Shown here: positions 48,340-59,135 of the stretch, piece after piece
Layout of the letters: the number at the start of each line of letters is the position of its first letter
How positions within the stretch are numbered: position 1 is the first letter of the stretch
Source: Syntrophorhabdaceae bacterium
Lineage (GTDB): Bacteria; Desulfobacterota; Syntrophorhabdia; Syntrophorhabdales; Syntrophorhabdaceae
Direction: 5' to 3'
NCBI GenBank assembly: GCA_963665295.1
Contig: OY762209.1
Location: forward strand, 2,688,001 to 2,752,000
Length of the DNA stretch: 64,000 bases
Program-made: the position numbers and the translations under genes
The notes under the pieces: model-generated
What the model saw: only the letters and a program-made list of their open reading frames with translations
Databases searched by the model: none
Told to the model about the DNA's origin: nothing

Positions 48340-48879
48340 ATGGCCAAGTTTGTGCTGGATGAGGAGCACTGTTCTGCCCGGTTTGAGGTTCGTCACATGA
48401 TGGTGACATGGGTTGAGGGGCAGTTTTGCAAGGTGAGGGGCTCTCTCGAATTTGACCCCCTTCAAGTCGCCCAACTGTCCGTGAAAGCCGAGATTGACGT
48501 GGCAAGCATCTATACGGGAGTGGAAAAACGCGACGACGACCTTAGGAGCCCGAACTACTTCGATGCGGAAAAATATCCTGCCATCACTTTCGAAAGCACC
48601 GGCGCCGAGGTTGCGGGCATCGACCGCTGCTTCGTGCGGGGGGACCTGACGATCCACGGCGTGACCCGTCAGGTGACCCTCGACGTGAGTTTCGCCGGGC
48701 CGTCCCATTTTGACGATGAAGGCCGTTTATACACCACCTATGGCTTTCGGGCGAGGACCCGCGTCAACCGTGAAGATTTCGGGATGATGACCAACATGGA
48801 GCTGGAAAACGGTGGGTGCATGGTGGGCAGGCACGCGTACCTGACGATCAACGCGGAAGCGGACCTGGTGGAGGAATAA
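48340..48879 (+). CDS. YceI family protein
   Basis: FEVRHMMV, RDDDLRSPNYFDAEKYPAITF, GDLTIHGVT, NREDFG. Confidence 0.93.
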   Translation: MAKFVLDEEHCSARFEVRHMMVTWVEGQFCKVRGSLEFDPLQVAQLSVKAEIDVASIYTGVEKRDDDLRSPNYFDAEKYPAITFESTGAEVAGIDRCFVRGDLTIHGVTRQVTLDVSFAGPSHFDDEGRLYTTYGFRARTRVNREDFGMMTNMELENGGCMVGRHAYLTINAEADLVEE

Positions 48880-49006
48880 ACCCCGGCGTCATGCCCGGCG
48901 TTGGGAAGACTTCTCCTGACCGCAGCATACGTTCCCCGGCCATGCATATGTCACGCGCTTCCTGTTCCGATAGCCTGAGATGGACGTTTTCTGTTATACT
49001 CTTCAA

Positions 49007-49810
49007 ATGCGGGTCTTTGAACGGATAGAGGTGGAATGCTACAGTGGCTACAAGGCCGATGAACGCCCTGTGGCCTTTGTCCGGAGAGAAGGCCGATACG
49101 AAATAACGGAGATTATGGACCGGTGGTACGAGGGTGGTCTTGAGCCCGGACGTCCGGAGGCAGACTACTTCAAGGTGAGGAGCAGTGAAAACGAGGTATT
49201 TCTCCTCTGTTATATCCCCCTTTCCGACGAGTGGTCCCTGTACACGGGTGAAGAAGAAGATGGGCCCCGGGGCCCGGACTCGCACGACCGGTCATTATCG
49301 AAAGGCGGACAGGGTATGGCAGACGAAATTATGGTGAGGATGATCAGATATTTCGGGGATGATGCGAGGCGGACAAACCATGCGGTAAAGGTTCATGGTT
49401 TCGCGGGAGCCATCTGCGGCGGCGAAGGAATATCAGGAACGACGGGAGAGATTATTATGCTCGCGGCGATCCTCCATGATATCGGTATAAAAGAGGCTGA
49501 AAGGAAATACGGCTCTTCAGCGGGAAAATACCAGGAAATGGAAGGTCCCCCCATCGCCGGACAGATACTCCGCGAGGCCGCGATAGAGGAAAAGATCGTG
49601 GAGAGAGTCTTGTTTCTTATTGGGAATCACCATACCTACAGCAAGATTGACGGCATCGATTTTCAAATCCTCGTGGAGGCCGATTTCATCGTGAATATTT
49701 TCGAGGACGCCATGAAAGGCAATGCCGTAGAGAGTGTGCGCAAGAAGTATTTCAAGACCCGGACCGGCAGGGATATTCTCGATTCCCTCTATCCGTCCGG
49801 CCGCGCATAG
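49007..49810 (+). CDS. Small conserved N-terminal domain fused in frame to an HD-domain protein
   Basis: VECYSGYKADERP..DRWY..YFKV domain, a low-complexity linker, then H..LHDIG..GNHH..EAD HD domain (second ATG at 49316). Confidence 0.75.
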   Translation: MRVFERIEVECYSGYKADERPVAFVRREGRYEITEIMDRWYEGGLEPGRPEADYFKVRSSENEVFLLCYIPLSDEWSLYTGEEEDGPRGPDSHDRSLSKGGQGMADEIMVRMIRYFGDDARRTNHAVKVHGFAGAICGGEGISGTTGEIIMLAAILHDIGIKEAERKYGSSAGKYQEMEGPPIAGQILREAAIEEKIVERVLFLIGNHHTYSKIDGIDFQILVEADFIVNIFEDAMKGNAVESVRKKYFKTRTGRDILDSLYPSGRA

Positions 49811-49822
49811 GGAGAGGGCGCC

Positions 49823-50452
49823 ATGCCCGATACATCCACTCTCGTTCTGTTCTTCGGGGCCGCCCTGGCCCTTCTGGTCACCCCGGGCCCTGCGGTGATC
49901 TTCGTCATAACCCGCAGCATTGAACGGGGCCGTGCGGCAGGCGTCGTTTCCGCATCAGGCATGGCGGTAGGAACCCTGTTTCATGTAACGGCCGCGGTGG
50001 CGGGCCTCTCCGCGTTAATGCTTTCCTCGGCTATGGCGTTTAACAGCGTAAAATACGCGGGCGCTTTGTACCTCATCTATCTGGGGATCAGGAAGCTTTT
50101 TTCCCGGGAGGACGCCTTCAAGCCCGACAGAAGGAAAAGTGGGGACATGAGACAGCTTTTCCTGCAGGCGGTTATGGTAAACGCACTTAATCCCAAGACG
50201 GCTCTCTTTTTCATCGCCTTCTTGCCCCAGTTCATCGACACGTCAAAAGGGACTGTAGCGGGACAGGTCCTGTTCTTCGGCGTTGCATTGGCGATCATGG
50301 GATTTTTCAGCGACAGCCTGTACGCGCTGCTCGCCGGCGGAACGGCGAAGTTCTTTCGCGGCGCCATGTCCGTTATCCCCCGGTATGTGTCGGGCGGAGT
50401 CTATATCGGCCTCGGCATCGTAGCCGCGTTTTCGTCCCTGGAAAGAAAATGA
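49823..50452 (+). CDS. LysE/RhtB family translocator
   Basis: TPGPA, KYAGALYLIYLG, LNPKTALFF.AFLPQF. Confidence 0.94.
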   Translation: MPDTSTLVLFFGAALALLVTPGPAVIFVITRSIERGRAAGVVSASGMAVGTLFHVTAAVAGLSALMLSSAMAFNSVKYAGALYLIYLGIRKLFSREDAFKPDRRKSGDMRQLFLQAVMVNALNPKTALFFIAFLPQFIDTSKGTVAGQVLFFGVALAIMGFFSDSLYALLAGGTAKFFRGAMSVIPRYVSGGVYIGLGIVAAFSSLERK

Positions 50453-50629
50453 CAGGTCCCGTTGTCCCTGGAGGACGGAACGCGATGGCCGGCCGCCTTC
50501 CCGCGCGAGGACATCTGCATTTCCCGGTTGAAGAAACGAATGAGAACGATTACTATATTCCAAGGGAAGACCTGACCCCGATCCGGACCCGAAATGTGTA
50601 CCAATTCAAGAGACTAGGAGGTATATGCC

Positions 50630-51418
50630 ATGCACACAACCCTTTGGTTGAAGAGAATCGTGATCCTTGCCTTTGTCGTGACCCTTTTGCATGCATGCGC
50701 AACGCCTCCGCCGCCTCCTCCTCCGGTGCCGCCACTCAGGGTAGGGGTGGTTCGGGATTACCCGCCGCTGGTTTACAGGATGAGTGACAGTTATTCGGGC
50801 GCCGAGGTCGAGATGGCGAGGCTCCTCAGCCGGGAGACGGGCAGACCCCTCCAGTTTGTGGAACGCGGTTTCGATGATCTGATCCCCGCCCTCCTGGCGC
50901 GGGAGATAGACATTATTATGGCGGGAATGACTATCACGGCCGAAAGGAAGGTACGGATAGACTTTACCGATTATTATCTGAGAAGCGGACTTGCCGTTGC
51001 CATGCGCATGGACAAAGCCGACGAATTCGGTTCTCTGGAAAAGATAATCGCCAATGCTCAGACGGTAGGGGTGGTAGGCGGCACGGTCGCCGAAGCCTAT
51101 GTGCGCCGCACCTTCCCCGCTTCCATAAGGATTATCCTTCTCGGGAAGCCATCGGACGCCCCTTTTGAGCTAAAGAACCGGCGCATCGATGTGTACGTGG
51201 ACGATGCACCGTCCATTGCCTGGCTCATCTCCTCTGATGCGTCCGAGGTGCGGGGCTTGTTCGAGCCTCTGAGTGTGGCCTATTACGGCTGGGGTGTGAG
51301 TAAGGATAATATCGAGCTTTCAAACCAGGCAAACGCGGCGCTTACAAAATGGAAACGGGACGGCATCCTTGACAGGGTTCTGGACAGGTGGGTCCCGAGC
51401 CTGAAGAACCGTTATTGA
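50630..51418 (+). CDS. Amino-acid ABC substrate-binding lipoprotein (family 3)
   Basis: Lipobox LHAC, Pro run, DYPP, DIIMAGMTITAER, DFTDYY. Confidence 0.9.
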   Translation: MHTTLWLKRIVILAFVVTLLHACATPPPPPPPVPPLRVGVVRDYPPLVYRMSDSYSGAEVEMARLLSRETGRPLQFVERGFDDLIPALLAREIDIIMAGMTITAERKVRIDFTDYYLRSGLAVAMRMDKADEFGSLEKIIANAQTVGVVGGTVAEAYVRRTFPASIRIILLGKPSDAPFELKNRRIDVYVDDAPSIAWLISSDASEVRGLFEPLSVAYYGWGVSKDNIELSNQANAALTKWKRDGILDRVLDRWVPSLKNRY

Positions 51419-51555
51419 CGCCCGGGCGAGGCAGGGAAGGGGAGAAGCCCATGTACATATGTCGGGCATTTCCCCGGCCCGTTGCGTGGCGTTGGCCTGA
51501 AGTGTGACAAAAGCACTTGACAAAGGCCTGCAATAGAGATAATTTCACACTGTCT

Positions 51556-52143
51556 ATGAAGAAACTCACCCTCATATCGGTTTTGGGCGCAATCCTTCTC
51601 ATGGGGAGTGTCTGCCATGCGAACATCTACGGATACCAGGATGAGAACGGCGTCTTCCACTTCACCAATATCGTGCCTGCCCATAAGAAATACCGTACCG
51701 TTCTGTATACGGGCAAACCCTATAGCGGCAGTTTCACGAAACCCGGGTCCCGGCAGGCGGTCGGCGGAGATCGGAGCGAAGTGATCGGTGTTGCAAAGAC
51801 TTATCTGGGAACTCCCTATAAGCTGGGCGGTAATCTTACCACAGGCATCGACTGTTCCGGTTTCGTGAAACAGGTGTATTCCGCATTTGATATCAGCCTT
51901 CCGAGGACCGCGCGGGAGCAATTTCACGAGGGGAAGAGAGTCGAAAAGGATAGCCTGAGGCCTGGAGACCTGATCTTTTTCCGAAGTGAAAAGAGCAGTG
52001 ATCCCGCCCATGTCGGCATCTTTATAGATGAGGACAGGTTTATCCATGCCACCACGCGTCACGGGGGCGGCGTCCGGATAGATTCCCTCGACGAAAACTA
52101 CTATCGTCGGACTTTTCTGGGGGCGTCCCGGGTAATGCGGTGA
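51556..52143 (+). CDS. NlpC/P60 peptidase with DUF4124-like N-terminus
   Basis: IYGYQDENGVFHFTN, LGTPY, GIDCSGF, LPRTAREQ, HVGI, FIHA. Confidence 0.92.
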   Translation: MKKLTLISVLGAILLMGSVCHANIYGYQDENGVFHFTNIVPAHKKYRTVLYTGKPYSGSFTKPGSRQAVGGDRSEVIGVAKTYLGTPYKLGGNLTTGIDCSGFVKQVYSAFDISLPRTAREQFHEGKRVEKDSLRPGDLIFFRSEKSSDPAHVGIFIDEDRFIHATTRHGGGVRIDSLDENYYRRTFLGASRVMR

Positions 52144-52296
52144 CCTGCCCGGAGGCGACCGTTTTCCCGCGTATCGATAACCCCCTAAACCTCGCTGCTA
52201 TGTTGCTTCCCCCTTTGCTATTTCGACCTTGATTTGAATTGTCCTTACTGGTATCTTTTACGGAACCGGCTTTTTCAGGGGCCGGGAGAGGTTTCC

Positions 52297-54369
52297 ATGA
52301 AAAAAGACTGGTATGCAATCGAAGGGACCCCGGGTCCACAGGGCGTGGCATGGATCGAGGAGGAAAATGCCTTCAATTTTGCCCTCTATTCCGAGAACGC
52401 CACCGGCGTCACCCTGCTCCTTTACGGGGAGCGCGACCCTGTACACCCTGTCCGGGAACTGAAGTTCGATTATCTCAGGAATAGATCGGGAAGGATCTGG
52501 CACTGCCGGATATCGGCTGCCGGCATGAATAACGCCGTCTATTACGCATACAAGGTGGAAGGTCCAATCGATCCCGCGAGGGGCCACCGGTTCGACCCGG
52601 ATAAAATTCTTCTCGACCCTTATGCGAGGGGGGTCTTCTTTCCTCCGGGGTTCAGCAGGGAGGCGGCAAGAAGACCGGGGTCAACCGCAGGGAAGGCGCC
52701 GCTTGGAGTCATCATTAAAGACGATTCGACTTTTGGCTGGACCGATGACAAGAAACCCTGGCACACTTCCGACAAAATCATCTACGAGCTTCACGTAAGG
52801 GGCTATACCATGAGGCCCAACTCGGGGGTCACCCCGGGCAGAAGGGGCACCTATGCGGGCCTTGTCGAGAAGATACCCTATCTTAAGGAACTCGGCGTGA
52901 CTGTTGTGGAACTGCAACCCGTGTTTCAGAGCGATCCTCAGGAGGGGAGCTACTGGGGATATATGCCGCTCAACTTTTTTACACCCCACCAGGGGTATGC
53001 GGACGGAGAGGGCCGGCATGACACGGTAAACGAATTCAAGGCCATGGTGGAGGCGTTCCATAGGGTGGACATTGAAGTCGTCCTTGACGTGGTTTACAAC
53101 CACACCACCGAGGGCGATCAGGATGGCCCCACCTATTCTTTCCGCGGGATCGATAATGCGGCATACTATCTGCTCCAGGAGGACAAGCGGTTCTACCGGA
53201 ACGATACGGGTGTGGGGAACGTGCTGGAATGTGCCCATCCGTACGTACGGATGGTCATTACGGACAGCCTGAGCTTCTGGGCGAGGGAGATGCACGTGGA
53301 CGGGTTCCGTTTCGACCTTGCATCTATCTTTACGCGGGATAGTGAGGGCAAGATCAACCTCCAGGACCCGCCCATAATAACGGAGATCAGGGTGCACCCC
53401 GATCTGATAGACGTGGAGCTCATTGCGGAGGCGTGGGACCTCTCCACCTATCAACTGGGTAAGAGTTTTCCCGGCCTCTTCTGGCATCAGTGGAACGGGC
53501 AGTTCCGGGACGACGTCCGCTCGTTTGTAAGAGGCGACGCGGGCAAAGTGGCTACTCTCATGACCCGCATGTACGGGAGTAACGACCTCTTTCCGGACGA
53601 TATGGATAACGTGTTCCGCCCGTACCAGAGCATCAATTTTGTGACGGCCCATGATGGGTTCTGTCTCTACGACCTAGTATCCTATAATATCAAACATAAC
53701 GAAGCCAACGGCAACGACAATACGGACGGCACCGACCACAACCTGAGCTGGAACTGCGGCTGGGAGGGGGACGACGGTGTGCCCGACGAGGTGATGGACC
53801 TCAGGCGACGGCAGGTCAGGAACTTCTGCGCCATACTCTTTCTCTCGAACGGCACGCCCATGATGCGGGCCGGCGACGAGTTCATGAACACCCAGAAAGG
53901 GAACAACAATCCCTATAACCAGGATAACGGGATTTCCTGGCTCGACTGGGACCTCCTGAAAAAGAACCATGATATCTTCCGTTTTTTCAAACTGATGATT
54001 GCCTTCCGAAAAGATCACCCTTCCCTGGGGAGGGGGCGGTTCTGGAGAGAAGACGTGAAATGGTACGGGGTGGGCGAAAAGCCGGACTTGAGTTTCAATT
54101 CCCGGAGCGTTGCCTTTTGCCTCCACGGCTCCTCCGAAGAGGATGATGATATCTATGTAATGATCAACGGCTACAAAGAGGACCTCAAATTCACGGTGCA
54201 GGAGGGCGCGGCCTGCCAATGGTTGAAAGTCGCCGATACGGGTCTTCCGGGCCCCCTGGACATCTCGGACAGGGGAGAGGAAGAGAATCTCGAAGACCTG
54301 GAATATAATGTGTCGGCGCGCTCTGTGGTGATCCTGCGCCGTCCCATGGCAGGCCCCGGGCGAGCCTGA
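52297..54369 (+). CDS. glgX: Glycogen debranching enzyme/isoamylase (GH13)
   Basis: IYELHV, YWGY, LDVVYNHT, DGFRFDLA, IAEAWD, NFVTAHDGF, NLSWNCG. Confidence 0.94.
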   Translation: MKKDWYAIEGTPGPQGVAWIEEENAFNFALYSENATGVTLLLYGERDPVHPVRELKFDYLRNRSGRIWHCRISAAGMNNAVYYAYKVEGPIDPARGHRFDPDKILLDPYARGVFFPPGFSREAARRPGSTAGKAPLGVIIKDDSTFGWTDDKKPWHTSDKIIYELHVRGYTMRPNSGVTPGRRGTYAGLVEKIPYLKELGVTVVELQPVFQSDPQEGSYWGYMPLNFFTPHQGYADGEGRHDTVNEFKAMVEAFHRVDIEVVLDVVYNHTTEGDQDGPTYSFRGIDNAAYYLLQEDKRFYRNDTGVGNVLECAHPYVRMVITDSLSFWAREMHVDGFRFDLASIFTRDSEGKINLQDPPIITEIRVHPDLIDVELIAEAWDLSTYQLGKSFPGLFWHQWNGQFRDDVRSFVRGDAGKVATLMTRMYGSNDLFPDDMDNVFRPYQSINFVTAHDGFCLYDLVSYNIKHNEANGNDNTDGTDHNLSWNCGWEGDDGVPDEVMDLRRRQVRNFCAILFLSNGTPMMRAGDEFMNTQKGNNNPYNQDNGISWLDWDLLKKNHDIFRFFKLMIAFRKDHPSLGRGRFWREDVKWYGVGEKPDLSFNSRSVAFCLHGSSEEDDDIYVMINGYKEDLKFTVQEGAACQWLKVADTGLPGPLDISDRGEEENLEDLEYNVSARSVVILRRPMAGPGRA

Positions 54370-54413
54370 CGTCGTGAGAGACCGGCCGTACCGGTAGGAT
54401 TACACACTCGCGG

Positions 54414-55877
54414 TTATCGGTGTCTTGTTCCGTTTCTTATAAGAAAAGAGCTTACGAAGGCAATAAAGGCGACCAACGCCCCGAGGGCATAGGCATTCTG
54501 GAAGCCCGCGAGGAGGGCGTGAGTCGGGGCTGAGCTTATGTCTACCCGGGCGCTGTGGCCGGGCAGGAAATGGGAGAAGATCGTCTCGAAAAGGGTCACG
54601 CCGAACACGAGGCCAAGGCTCGTGATGGTATTGAAGACCCCTGATGCGATCCCCTGCTCGTTACGGGGTGCCAGTTTCATGGCCTGATTGTTATTCGGCG
54701 AGATAAAGACCCCGAAAGAAAGGGCGAGCCATACGAGGAAGATCAAGGGGAAAGACAGCCCCCGGCAAGACAGGGTGAGCACGAAAGTAAGGCAACATGC
54801 CGCTGCGGAAATCATTGCCACGGCACAGAGGACGCTCGGGTCCATCTTGTCGGAAAGCTTGCCCGCGAAAGGGCCGGTAATCATATAGACCACGGAGAAG
54901 ACCACAATGACGAGACCTGCCTGGGCAGTAACGAGGCCTTTCGTCATCTCAAGGTAGAAGGGCATGAGAAAGCCTGAGCCCGCCATGAGCATGAAGGCCG
55001 AGAAGGCGGCGATATTTGCATAGGTGAACCTCATATTGCTGAAAAGCCTGAGGTCGAGAAGAGGGTGTTCGTGTCTCTTTTCCCACACGACGAAAAGGAG
55101 AAGGAGCACAAAGGCCGCGAAAAAGCAGCCGAGGGTCAAAGGAGACGACCATCCTGTTTCCTCACCCCTGTTGAGGGCAAAGATAAGGGCGAAGAGGCCC
55201 GTGAAGCTCATGACGGTCCCGAAGATATCAAACTCCTTAAGCCTCTTCAATATGGTCCTCTCAGGCGGTTTGGCTTCCCTTATTACCCTGTAGGCGATCA
55301 GAATGGCGAGGATGCCCACGGGAAGGTTTATGAGGAATACCCAGCGCCACGAGAAGAATCCCGTAAGAAAACCTCCCACAGGTGCGCCGACGATAACCCC
55401 CAGGCCGGCACCCGTGCCGAGGATGCCGAAGGCCGACCCGAGAAGGCTCCTGGGGAGCAGCCTGGGGACCATGGCAAAGGCACTCGTGACCAGCATGGCG
55501 CCGCCCAGGCCCTGCATGCAACGGAAGGCGATGAGCATCTTTATGGAAGGGGCAAGTCCGCACAGGAGGGAACTGAAGGTGAAGATGGCATACCCGCCGA
55601 TGAAGGTCTTCTTCAACCCTATGTCGTCTCCCAGCTTGCCGAAGATCATCATGGTGGTGGTCTGGACCAGCAGGTAACTCAGGATCACCCATGAGGCCGT
55701 GCCGGGGTTGATATCAAAATGGCGGGAAATCGTGGGGAGCGAAATGTTGACGATGGAACTGTCGAGTTTCGACATGAAAGCGGCGAAGGCAATGCTGATT
55801 ATGACCCATCGCTGGGAGTTCCTGTCGGTGACGGTTTCCATTGCCATGCTGATGATTGCTATACCATTGCGGGGCAC
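54414..55877 (-). CDS. DHA2-family MFS efflux transporter (start may be a few codons downstream)
   Basis: LDSSIVNISLP, GKLGD..G.K, SWRWVFLINLPVG, PLLDLRLF. Confidence 0.93.
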   Translation of the reverse strand: MPRNGIAIISMAMETVTDRNSQRWVIISIAFAAFMSKLDSSIVNISLPTISRHFDINPGTASWVILSYLLVQTTTMMIFGKLGDDIGLKKTFIGGYAIFTFSSLLCGLAPSIKMLIAFRCMQGLGGAMLVTSAFAMVPRLLPRSLLGSAFGILGTGAGLGVIVGAPVGGFLTGFFSWRWVFLINLPVGILAILIAYRVIREAKPPERTILKRLKEFDIFGTVMSFTGLFALIFALNRGEETGWSSPLTLGCFFAAFVLLLLFVVWEKRHEHPLLDLRLFSNMRFTYANIAAFSAFMLMAGSGFLMPFYLEMTKGLVTAQAGLVIVVFSVVYMITGPFAGKLSDKMDPSVLCAVAMISAAACCLTFVLTLSCRGLSFPLIFLVWLALSFGVFISPNNNQAMKLAPRNEQGIASGVFNTITSLGLVFGVTLFETIFSHFLPGHSARVDISSAPTHALLAGFQNAYALGALVAFIAFVSSFLIRNGTRHR

Positions 55878-55942
55878 GCATAATCAACTGTTTTTCCGGG
55901 CCGCCGGACCCTATCCGATGGGTCATCGTCGATTCCTTGTGG

Positions 55943-57148
55943 TCACTCGTGACGCAAAGCCTCGATGGGGTCCATGCGCGCGGCTTTAAGGGCGGGGAAG
56001 TAGCCGAAAATCATACCTACTGCCCCTGAAAAGAGGAAAGAGATGAAAACGATGGACCCGTTGAATACGAAAGGCACCTTGAGAAAACCTGCAAGCCACA
56101 CGGATATGCCGAGGGCGGCCACTACCCCCAGGAAACCGCCGCATGATGAAAGGACCACCGCCTCCACGAGAAACTGGAGGAGCACTTCCCTCTCCAGGGC
56201 GCCTATGGCGAGGCGGACGCCGATCTCGCGGGTGCGCTCCGTGACGGACACGAGCATGATATTCATGATCCCGATGCCCCCCACGAGGAGACTTACCGCC
56301 GCCACCGCGCTCAAGAGGGCCGTGAGCATCTGCGTGGTGCCCGTGAGCATCCGTGTGATCTCCTTCATATCCATGACCGTGAAGTTGTCGTCGTCGCTTG
56401 CCGCCAGATGCCGCCGCTCCCTCATGAGCCGTGTGATGTCCTTTTGCGCCTTTTCGGTGGACTCTCCCTCCCTGACGGATACCTGGATGAGGTCCACGTC
56501 CTGGGTACCCGATATACGCCGCTGGTATGCGCGCAGGGGCACCACCACGATATCGTCCTGGTCCGTGCCCATGGTGCTCTGGCCTTTTTCCTTTACCACG
56601 CCTATCACTTCGCACGAGAGTTTCTGAAGGCGAATCCTCTCTCCCAGGGCATCCTGACCGCCGAAGAGCTTCTTGCGCACCGTGTCCCCTACGATGCAGA
56701 CCGCCGCACCCCCGCTTAGCTCACCTTCATTGAATGGGCGTCCCGCCCCTATGGGCCTGTTGGTGACCTTGAAATACTGGTTGTCACTTCCTATTACCTG
56801 AGTAGTCCAGTTCTGGTTGCCGAATATGGCCTTGAGGGATTGCGAGGCGACCGGGGCCAGGGCTGCCACGGAGCCTACGTCCTTGCTGATGGCGTCGGCG
56901 TCGGCCTGTTTGAAGGGGATAGCCGTGGTGCTGTGGCCCGGTCCCATTCTCTTTCCCGGGGAGACCATGAGGAGATTGCTCCCCATGTTCGCGATCTGTT
57001 CCTTGACCTGGCGCGTTGCGCCTCCGCCGATGGTCACCATGATGATGACCGCGGCCACGCCGATGACGATCCCGAGGGTGGTGAGAAAGGACCTCATGGC
57101 GTTGCGCCTGATGGCCCTCAGAGACAGGACAATCGTACTCCACAGCAT
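55943..57148 (-). CDS. MacB-like ABC permease
   Basis: RSFLTTLGIVIGV, VGGIGIMNIMLVSVTERTREIG, DPIEALRHE. Confidence 0.95.
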   Translation of the reverse strand: MLWSTIVLSLRAIRRNAMRSFLTTLGIVIGVAAVIIMVTIGGGATRQVKEQIANMGSNLLMVSPGKRMGPGHSTTAIPFKQADADAISKDVGSVAALAPVASQSLKAIFGNQNWTTQVIGSDNQYFKVTNRPIGAGRPFNEGELSGGAAVCIVGDTVRKKLFGGQDALGERIRLQKLSCEVIGVVKEKGQSTMGTDQDDIVVVPLRAYQRRISGTQDVDLIQVSVREGESTEKAQKDITRLMRERRHLAASDDDNFTVMDMKEITRMLTGTTQMLTALLSAVAAVSLLVGGIGIMNIMLVSVTERTREIGVRLAIGALEREVLLQFLVEAVVLSSCGGFLGVVAALGISVWLAGFLKVPFVFNGSIVFISFLFSGAVGMIFGYFPALKAARMDPIEALRHE

Positions 57149-57852
57149 TAGCCGGTCCTCCCGTTCTTCATATCCTTTTCCACGAGACCATCCCTGAAGT
57201 GGATGACCCGTTTTGAGTATGCAGCCATATCGGGCTCATGGGTGATCATGATAATGGTAATCCCCCGGTCGCGGTTGAGGGCTGTGAGGAGTTCCATGAT
57301 CTCCGTGCTTCTCATGGTGTCGAGGTTCCCCGTGGGTTCGTCCGCGAGGAGTACTGTGGGTTCCGTCACGATGGCCCGCGCGATTGCCACCCTTTGCTGC
57401 TGGCCTCCCGACAGTTCGCCGGGCGTGTGGGCCTCCCAGCCGTCAAGTCCCACTGTCTCGAGTGCTTTCATGGCCCGTTGCTTTCGCTCGGCTGCGGGAA
57501 CGCCCCGGTAAATGAGGGGAAGCTCCACGTTTTCCACCGCCGAGGTACGGTTGAGGAGATTGTACCCCTGGAATACGAAACCCTGATAATGGCGGCGCAA
57601 CAAGGCCCGCCGGCTCCGGGTCAATTGTCCCACATCCACGCCCTTGAACATGTAGGTACCCGAGGTGGGCGTATCCAGACAACCGAGTATATTCATGCAG
57701 GTCGATTTACCCGACCCGCTCGGACCCATGATCGCCACAAACTCCCCCTCCATGATATCGAGGTCGATCCCCGCGAGGGCCTGCATGGACGCATACCCCT
57801 GACCGTAGACCTTGGTGACGCCCCTGAAGGCGATGACCTGCCCTGCCGTCAT
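57148..57852 (-). CDS. ABC transporter ATP-binding subunit (MacB/LolD type)
   Basis: GPSGSGKS, LSGGQQQR, LADEPTGNLD. Confidence 0.96.
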   Translation of the reverse strand: MTAGQVIAFRGVTKVYGQGYASMQALAGIDLDIMEGEFVAIMGPSGSGKSTCMNILGCLDTPTSGTYMFKGVDVGQLTRSRRALLRRHYQGFVFQGYNLLNRTSAVENVELPLIYRGVPAAERKQRAMKALETVGLDGWEAHTPGELSGGQQQRVAIARAIVTEPTVLLADEPTGNLDTMRSTEIMELLTALNRDRGITIIMITHEPDMAAYSKRVIHFRDGLVEKDMKNGRTG

Positions 57853-59135
57853 TTCACACCCCGGATCGTGTCTGTCACCACCGGGGTACCCGGCTTGATG
57901 CCATTGGCAAGGACCTCCGTCATGCTCCCGTTGGTGGCCCCCGTTGAGACAGACGCGCCGAGCAGCTCGTTGTCCTTTAATATCCAGACCCTCCGCTCCT
58001 TGCCCGGAGCCCCCTCTTTGCTGTCCCGGGTCGCCTGCTTCGGAGGGTGGGGGATGAGGGACTCCATAAGGCTCCGCTGCGGTTTCGCGTCCTGACGGAC
58101 CGGCGGAGAGAAGCGCAAAGCGGCGCTCGGGATGAGAAGCACCCTTTCGAGTTTTCTTACCGTAATGTCGGCGGTGGCGGTCATGCCGGGCCTCAGGGAA
58201 AGGTCGGAATTGTTGACCCTCAGCACCGTCTTGTAGGTGACCACCCCGGACGTGGTGGTGGAGCCGTAACGGGCCTGTATAATGCGCGCCTCGAAGGTCC
58301 TGTTCGGATACGCGGAAACGGTAAATGTGGCCTTTTGCCCCACCTGGATCTTGCCGATATCCGCCTCGTCCACGTTTAGTTGCAGGTCCATCTGGGTGAG
58401 GTCTTCGGCGAGGGTAAACAGGGTGGCGACCTGAAGGGATGCGGCCACGGTCTGACCGGGTTCCACGCTGCGGGAGAGAACGACCCCGTTAAAGGGAGAC
58501 CTTATGACGGATTTGGAAAGGTCCGTTTTATTGGCCTGAAGAATTGCTTCCGCCTGGGACACGGCCGCGACACAGTAGGCGAGGTCCGCGTTGGCCCGCT
58601 CGAAGCCGGCTTCCGCCCCATCCATCTCCAACTGGGATGGGACCTTGCCGTCACTCAGCTTCCTCACGTTCCGGTACTGGGCCAGTTTTGCCTTCGTTTC
58701 CTTTACAGTGGCTTCGGCCTGGAGCACCTTCGCTTTTGCCGATGCGAGGGAGGCTTCGGACTGCGCAATGGTAGCCATCAGTTTCGTGGTATCGAGCCTG
58801 GCGAGGGCCTGACCGGCCTTCACCGTGCTGTTGTAAGTCACCTCCACGCTCTTGATGATGCCCGACAGCTCACTGCCTACATCGACGGAATTCTTCGGCT
58901 GCAGCGTGCCCGTGGCGGTGACGGTCACGGTGAGATCGCCATACCGTGCTTCCTCGGTCTTGTACTTGACCTGCTCGGATTTTCCCGTCCCTCTGACGAT
59001 AAGGAACGCGGCAATGGCCGCAAGGATCAGGAGGGCCGCGATGATGAGGGACTTCATCTTCCTGAGCCGCGGGGTCTCGTGTCCCATATTAAGGGTTTTC
59101 GCAATATCCTGTTCGGGGTTCATATCGGGTTTCAT
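57849..59135 (-). CDS. MacA-like periplasmic adaptor
   Basis: TM anchor, VGSELSG, IRSPFNGVV, GQTVAAS, VDEADIG, LRPGMTA. Confidence 0.93.
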   Translation of the reverse strand: MKPDMNPEQDIAKTLNMGHETPRLRKMKSLIIAALLILAAIAAFLIVRGTGKSEQVKYKTEEARYGDLTVTVTATGTLQPKNSVDVGSELSGIIKSVEVTYNSTVKAGQALARLDTTKLMATIAQSEASLASAKAKVLQAEATVKETKAKLAQYRNVRKLSDGKVPSQLEMDGAEAGFERANADLAYCVAAVSQAEAILQANKTDLSKSVIRSPFNGVVLSRSVEPGQTVAASLQVATLFTLAEDLTQMDLQLNVDEADIGKIQVGQKATFTVSAYPNRTFEARIIQARYGSTTTSGVVTYKTVLRVNNSDLSLRPGMTATADITVRKLERVLLIPSAALRFSPPVRQDAKPQRSLMESLIPHPPKQATRDSKEGAPGKERRVWILKDNELLGASVSTGATNGSMTEVLANGIKPGTPVVTDTIRGVK

